This document shows positions 7,301 through 12,212 of a DNA stretch of 12,212 nucleotides, in pieces (positions within the stretch are counted from its first letter, which is position 1; every line of letters starts with the position of its first letter). The notes below the pieces were generated by a model. That model saw only the letters and a list, made by a program, of their open reading frames with translations. It did no database searches and was not told the origin of the DNA. The stretch comes from Octopus sinensis (Eukaryota), in contig NW_021826773.1 in the NCBI RefSeq assembly GCF_006345805.1, positions 1 to 12,212 of the forward strand, given 5' to 3'. The translations under genes were made by a program, and so were the position numbers.

Positions 7301-7453
7301 TATTTTTTTAATGTTTTTGTAACGCTCTAAATTCTCCCATCTCACAGCGTATGTTTATTTCGCAGTCATTTCTGTATGCAAATTCCAACAGACACAAGCA
7401 AATATCTTCACATATCAGTCACAACACTATACAAGAAACTTAGTGGCCAGGAG

Positions 7454-7868
7454 GGCGGCGAGCTGGCAGAGTAGCTAGCACGTCGGGCGAAATGCTTAGC
7501 GGTATTTCGTCTGCTGTTACGTTCTGAGTTCAAATTCCGCCGAGGTCGACTTTGCCTTTCATCCTTTCGGGGTCGATTAAATAAGTACCAGTCACGCATT
7601 GGGATCGATATAATCGACTTAATCCGTTTGTTTGTCCTTGTTTGTCCTTTCTGTGTTTAGCCCCTTGTGGGTAGTAAAGAAATAGGTATTTCGTCTGTAG
7701 CTACGTTCTGAGTTCAAATTCCGCCGAGGTCGACTTTGCCTTTCATCCTTTCTGGGTCGATTAAATAAGTACCAGTTACGCACTGGGGTCGGTGTAATCG
7801 ACTTAATCCGTTTGTCTGTCCTTGTTTGTCCTCTCTGTGTTTAGCCCCTTGTGGGTAGTAAAGAAATA
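7454..7868 (+). mobile_element. SINE family B (tail type 1) with tandem 184-bp body duplication
   Basis: One head (7454-7500) followed by units 7501-7684 and 7685-7868, each starting ggtatttcgtctg with B box GAGTTCAAATTCC. Probable TSD act(t/a)agtggcca at 7438-7449 and 7882-7893. Confidence 0.93.
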
Positions 7869-8067
7869 TATAAAAGAAGCCACTAAGTGGCCATTGCTAG
7901 TGTGGCGATGGTGGTGGTAGAAGAATAGCTGGAAATATCTTCGTCTTTGTTTTTTGTTTTACATTATGCTTGCTAGTTGTTATTTTCTTAGTTTCTGTTT
8001 ACATGTATTTATAGGATGCAATGAAATATAATACTTGATATTCCCAAAAACTCTTATACTTTATTGA

Positions 8068-8079
8068 ATGTGTGTGCGT

Positions 8080-8122
<43 letters not shown>

Positions 8123-8182
8123 AAGAAAGATTTTGTGTGTATGTAATATATATGTATATCTATCTGTCTATACATACATACA

Positions 8183-8216
<34 letters not shown>

Positions 8217-8242
8217 CATACATAATACATACATATATACAT
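8068..8242. repeat. Compound (GT)n, (AG)n, (TACA)n microsatellites
   Basis: Direct reading. Confidence 0.95.
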
Positions 8243-8493
8243 AACATTCAAAGCAGGAGGTGCATCCCCAATGGAAACTGCAATCTGGAGAAGCACGACC
8301 CTTCAACCAAGACAAAGAACTTCATTCCCAGTTGTGTGCAAGGTTTACTTCTTTCCCTTCCGAAAATGTCAATTCTCGACAATATTCTCCAGAGTACCAA
8401 AAGATCAAGTAAAAGGAAGTTAATTAGCCGATTAGGTTTCACGCAAAATTTTTCGTGCGTTTTACCTATCGTAAAACCATTATGCATACAGGA

Positions 8494-8590
8494 AGTATTA
8501 CTGTTATTGCAGTTGCTGATATTATCATTGTAGTTATTGCTGTTGTTATAAGTGGTGGTAGTGGTGGTGGTGGTGGTTGTAGTGGTGTAG
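8494..8590. repeat. Degenerate trinucleotide (RTT/GGT)n low-complexity tract
   Basis: Direct reading. Confidence 0.85.
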
Positions 8591-8683
8591 CAGAGAAAAT
8601 GGCGGTAACATTGCTGTATTTGATTTTCCTTTGTTATTTTTCTTTTTTATATTGTTGCTTTATCCTCTACATGCTTTAATCCC

Positions 8684-8880
8684 TTGACTGCGATCATGCT
8701 CGGGTGCCTTCTTGAAGGGTTTTAGATGAAAAAATCGACCCCGGGAATTACTCTATATATTTTCTTTTTGAAGCGTGGTACTTATTCTATCGGTTCCTTT
8801 TTACCGAACAGCTAAGTTACGGAGGGCCAAAATATACCACCGGTAGTCAAGCGATAGTAGGGAACACACACACACACATA
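8684..8880 (-). mobile_element. SINE family A, diverged 3' half
   Basis: Reverse complement aligns to about 9150-9325 (ttgactgcg...tggtacttattctatcggt...gctaagttacgg...gtcaagcg) and ends in (CA)n. Confidence 0.85.
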
Positions 8881-8932
8881 TTGTTATATTTCGGGATGAT
8901 CATTTATTTTTATTTATTTATATTTTTTTGAC

Positions 8933-9087
8933 GAGTGGCTGTGTGGTAAGTAGCTTGCTAACCAACCACATGGTTCCGGGTTCAGTCCCACTGCGTGGCA
9001 TCTTGGGCAAGTGTCTTCTGCTATAGCCCCGGGCCGACCAATGCCTTCTGAGTGGATTTGGTAGACGGAAACTGAAAGAAGCCTGTC

Positions 9088-9141
<54 letters not shown>

Positions 9142-9353
9142 TTGTGTGTCTGTGTTTGTCCCCCTAGCATTGCTTGACAACCGATGCTGGTGTGTTTACG
9201 TCTCCGTCTCTTAGCGGTTCGGCAAAAGAGACCGATAGAATAAGTACTGGGCTTACAAAGAATAAGTCCCGGGGTCGATTTGCTCGACTAAAGGCGGTGC
9301 TCCAGCATGGCCGCAGTCAAAATGACTGAAACAAGTAAAAGAGTAAAAGAGTA
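8933..9353 (+). mobile_element. Full-length SINE family A
   Basis: Head gagtggctgtgtggtaagtagc, B box GGTTCAGTCCC, internal (TA)n(GT)n, tail (GAGTAAAA)2. Confidence 0.93.
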
Positions 9354-9650
9354 AATAAACACGCGCACAATATATAAATTTTCTCTCGTTTATTACTGTT
9401 CTTATTTTATTATTTTAACTTATGTTTATTATCCGGAAATCTTTCGTCACACATTTGTGACCACTTCAGTGAAACTTTTCGTTTTCGTGGAGCAAGCGTA
9501 GCAAGAGCACACACGAAAGCGGAAAGTGTCACTGAAGAGGTCACAAATGTGTGACGAAAGATATCCGGACAATGGACATGAGTTAAAATAATAAAATAAG
9601 AACAGCAATAAACAAGTGAATAAAACTAAATATAGTGTGTGTGTTTATTT
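9353..9650. repeat. Long inverted repeat, ~138-bp arms, 22-nt spacer
   Basis: 9353-9489 is the diverged reverse complement of 9512-9650 (for example ctttcgtcacacatttgtgacc / ggtcacaaatgtgtgacgaaag). Confidence 0.92.
9526..9571 (+). ncRNA. Hammerhead-ribozyme-like core (probably degenerate)
   Basis: CTGAAGA (9532-9538), extra G, stem II GTCACA/aatg/TGTGAC, GAAA (9556-9559). Helices I and III are imperfect. Confidence 0.4.
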
Positions 9651-9699
9651 GGCGAAAAAATAATAAATAAATGACCATCCCGAAATACAACAATACCTG

Positions 9700-10080
9700 T
9701 TTCAAACACACGATTTCACACCAGGACTCTTGCAAATCGAATTGATAAACGTAAGGCTTCACTTCCACACACGTCAGGTTAATTTAATTCGTCCTTAGTC
9801 GAAAGACACCTGTTGTTAATGTCCTGTTTGTAATTGTAATTGTGTACCACTTCTCCGTTTCTTTTCGTTCTTGTTTTCGTATGCATTCGCTTGCTTCCTT
9901 CCAAGGAATCTAATGCTCTTAGCTTAGATTTTCTTGGGACCGGTCTGATTGGAGCAGTCTCGAGTGTAACCGGACGAAACTGCTAAAATGATCTGGAACT
10001 TGACTGAGGATAGAAAACTTCGAATGACCCGTCCTTCTTTTTACTGTTCGGATGATTTGTTGTTGCCTGTTACGTTCTTG
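9700..10080. mobile_element. Unclassified dispersed repeat with a structured core
   Basis: Recalled as octopus repeat-like sequence; several internal complementary segments at 9937-10034. No second copy in the window. Confidence 0.35.
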
Positions 10081-10085
10081 TTCCA

Positions 10086-10130
10086 TATATATATTATATA
10101 TATATATTATATATATATATATATGTGTGG

Positions 10131-10187
<57 letters not shown>

Positions 10188-10252
10188 TGTGTGTGTGTGT
10201 ATATATATTTATATATATATTTATATATTTATATATATATATATGTATGTAT
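10086..10252. repeat. Compound (TA)n-(GT)n-(TA)n microsatellite
   Basis: Direct reading. Confidence 0.95.
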
Positions 10253-10309
10253 AACGCCTCGCATCCATTTCCAAGTAATCTTCATCTTAATAATTTCGAT
10301 GCGACACTT

Positions 10310-10460
10310 ATCCTGTCTCTTTCCGTTTCTCTTTCCCTTCCCTCTTTCGTTTCCTCTCTCTTACTTTCGCAAATTCTTTTTATCTCTTCTTCTCCCCTTT
10401 CGTTTTTTCCTTTCATCCTTTCTCTAATTCTTTTCCTCTCTCATTTGCCGTTCTCCGTCA
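10310..10460 (+). repeat. Polypyrimidine (CT-rich) low-complexity tract
   Basis: Direct reading. Confidence 0.8.
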
Positions 10461-10976
10461 CTCTTCCGCCTTTGCACTCTCGTTGTTCGCACGTAATCAT
10501 CGGCCATCATTATTTTCCTATTTGAACTTCTTTATATCTGATCAACCGCAGAGATAAGACGCATTCTTATCTGTCTCCTGTCAGAGCTTGTTCACCAACT
10601 CAACTCGTTCACCATCTCAACTCGCTCAGGCTTAGCAGAACTTCTTGTTTGTTTCCACTGTCCTGTTTTTATTATCAACTTTGACCCTCCGCAAAATCCC
10701 AAATTTTAGTTAATTTGCTTTGCAGTAGCAACTGTTTCGTTGAAAACGTATCTTGTCATGGATTGCTAGAAATACGAAGTAGAAAAACAGCCGACAGCTG
10801 ATGAAGGATAATTTTTTTATGTTGCTTGTCTTGTTTTCCCTTTGTTTCTTTCGTTTTTATCAAAAAAAGTTTGTATTCCTTGTTTTCGTATTTCATATTT
10901 TTTTGCGTTCTATGGTGTCCTGCGCATATACATATATGTATATGCATGTGCATATACATATATACACTACCGTCAG

Positions 10977-11013
10977 AAATTAATTAGCACCCTTGATTTG
11001 CTCTTCACTCAAG
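10977..11013 (+). CDS. Putative 37-nt coding exon of the plus-strand host gene
   Basis: ccgtcAG|AAA...CAAG|GTATGT; phase 0 to 1, KLISTLDLLFTQ(E); phase-compatible with the exon ending at 2534. Confidence 0.5.
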
Positions 11014-11104
11014 GTATGTGCTGTCACCTAGTGGCCATATCTCGAACTATTGCTTTGTTGCGAGTTCACTGTTGCGCAGAACGATGACGTAACTTTGTTT
11101 GCAG

Positions 11105-11204
11105 AGCAGTTTGAGAGTCTACAGCCTTATGATGTTGACATAGCAGTGCAACAACAACTTGGAGTGCGGATGCAGACAAATCTTCCTTTGTTTAATAGAT
11201 ATAG
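11105..11204 (+). CDS. Putative 100-nt coding exon of the plus-strand host gene
   Basis: Follows a 91-nt intron with acceptor taactttgtttgcAG; donor AG|GTAGCG; open frame (E)QFESLQPYDVDIAVQQQLGVRMQTNLPLFNRY. Confidence 0.55.
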
Positions 11205-11406
11205 GTAGCGCCTCGCAAGGACCGAAATCACACCATACTAAGTTTTCTCATCGCGTAAGACGTTTTGAACAGCTCATAGGTTAATTGATTTAACCTATTT
11301 AATGTAGAAATTTGAGAAGTGCTAATTAATTTCTGACGCAAGTGTATGTATGTAGATATCTGTGTATATATGCATTCTTATCCAAGTAAGTTTTGTCTAT
11401 CTCTCC

Positions 11407-11482
<76 letters not shown>

Positions 11483-11625
11483 CTATCTCTCTCCCTTTCT
11501 CTATCTATTTATCTATCTATTTAACTATCTATCTGTTTATCTAACTATTTATCTATTTATTTTATTTATATATCTTTTATATTTATTTATCTATTTTATT
11601 TATTTATTTATTTATTTATTTTATT
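11407..11625. repeat. (ATCT)n decaying into (ATTT)n microsatellite
   Basis: Direct reading. Confidence 0.95.
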
Positions 11626-11629
11626 TTGT

Positions 11630-11868
11630 GAGAGTTATTCTCTTTTGGTGCCTTATAATTTCTGGCCGGTAAAATTTCTACTCATTTCCTTCTTTATTTT
11701 TCTAGGATTTTCGTTGCGTCTTGCAACCTTTTCAAGTTTTTGAAGAGTCAAAACTATTGAAAAAGTTTGCAAGACGCAACGAAAATTTTAGAAAATTAAA
11801 AATAAGAAATAACTGGAATTTTACCGGATAGTGTGTTAATTATAAGGCACTAAAAGAGAATGACTCTC
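11630..11868. mobile_element. Foldback/MITE-like element (~240 bp)
   Basis: Termini gagagttattctcttttggtgccttataatt and aattataaggcactaaaagagaatgactctc; inner arms ttttcgttgcgtcttgcaa / ttgcaagacgcaacgaaaa. No TSD seen. Confidence 0.75.
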
Positions 11869-12212
11869 CCCAGACACAACAGAATTGCTTCAACACACGA
11901 ACTCACATAAAGAATCTTAGAAACCAAATCCAAAAACGAAATATGTATATATACACATTTTTTAAAGTATATAATTATGAAAATATTAAGGCCGCTGGAG
12001 GGTCAACGACAATCCCCTAGGAGTAGATGCCAAATGTCCACCAACCACTCTAAATGATGGATTTGTATAGCGATAGACAGAACGCTATTAATATTGTTTA
12101 AAAAAACGTTATATGATATAACGTCATAAGTAGCTAACAGAAAGAGTAGGGATATTAATAGTGAATGTTAAATATAAGGAAATTAAAGTTTAAATTATAT
12201 ATAATGATAGAG

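Noticed and set aside
7501-7868. Tandem units or palindromes as a CRISPR array or other prokaryotic feature
   Set aside because: Eukaryotic context; the units are 184-bp SINE bodies without unique spacers.
8245-8490. Unique, higher-complexity segment with open frames on both strands
   Set aside because: No recognisable protein and no convincing splice-site pair; it could still be an exon or old repeat, so check by RNA-seq.
10760-10815. GAAA...CTGATGA as a type II hammerhead
   Set aside because: Helices I-III could not be built around the core.
6733-11672. Many ORFs with YIYI, CVCV or LSIY runs
   Set aside because: Artefacts of stop-free microsatellites.
11985-12050. GC-richer block (taaggccgctggagggtcaacgacaatcccctagg), possibly a LINE 3' remnant
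   Set aside because: Too short, with no second copy in the window to support a call.

Overview
AT-rich, microsatellite- and retroposon-dense eukaryotic DNA. The SINE families match, from memory, those of Octopus, so a coleoid cephalopod origin is inferred. The clearest gene is a small minus-strand ORF (870-1265) encoding a divergent EB1/MAPRE-type calponin-homology (CH) domain that stops just after the domain, with no dimerisation, EBH or acidic-tail region. Four phase-compatible plus-strand exon candidates (2213-2398, 2506-2534, 10977-11013, 11105-11204) splice into one open frame that weakly resembles the N-terminus of NWD1/NWD2-type NACHT-WD proteins, which would make most of the window intronic. 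The remainder comprises about ten tRNA-derived SINE copies from three families, two divergently oriented L1/Tx1-like ORF1 5' remnants, a LINE 3' end bracketed by a ~190-bp direct duplication whose tail matches a SINE tail, three long inverted repeats (one with a hammerhead-like core), a short DNA-transposase remnant and many simple repeats. All family assignments come from manual reading and recalled sequences; no database search was run.
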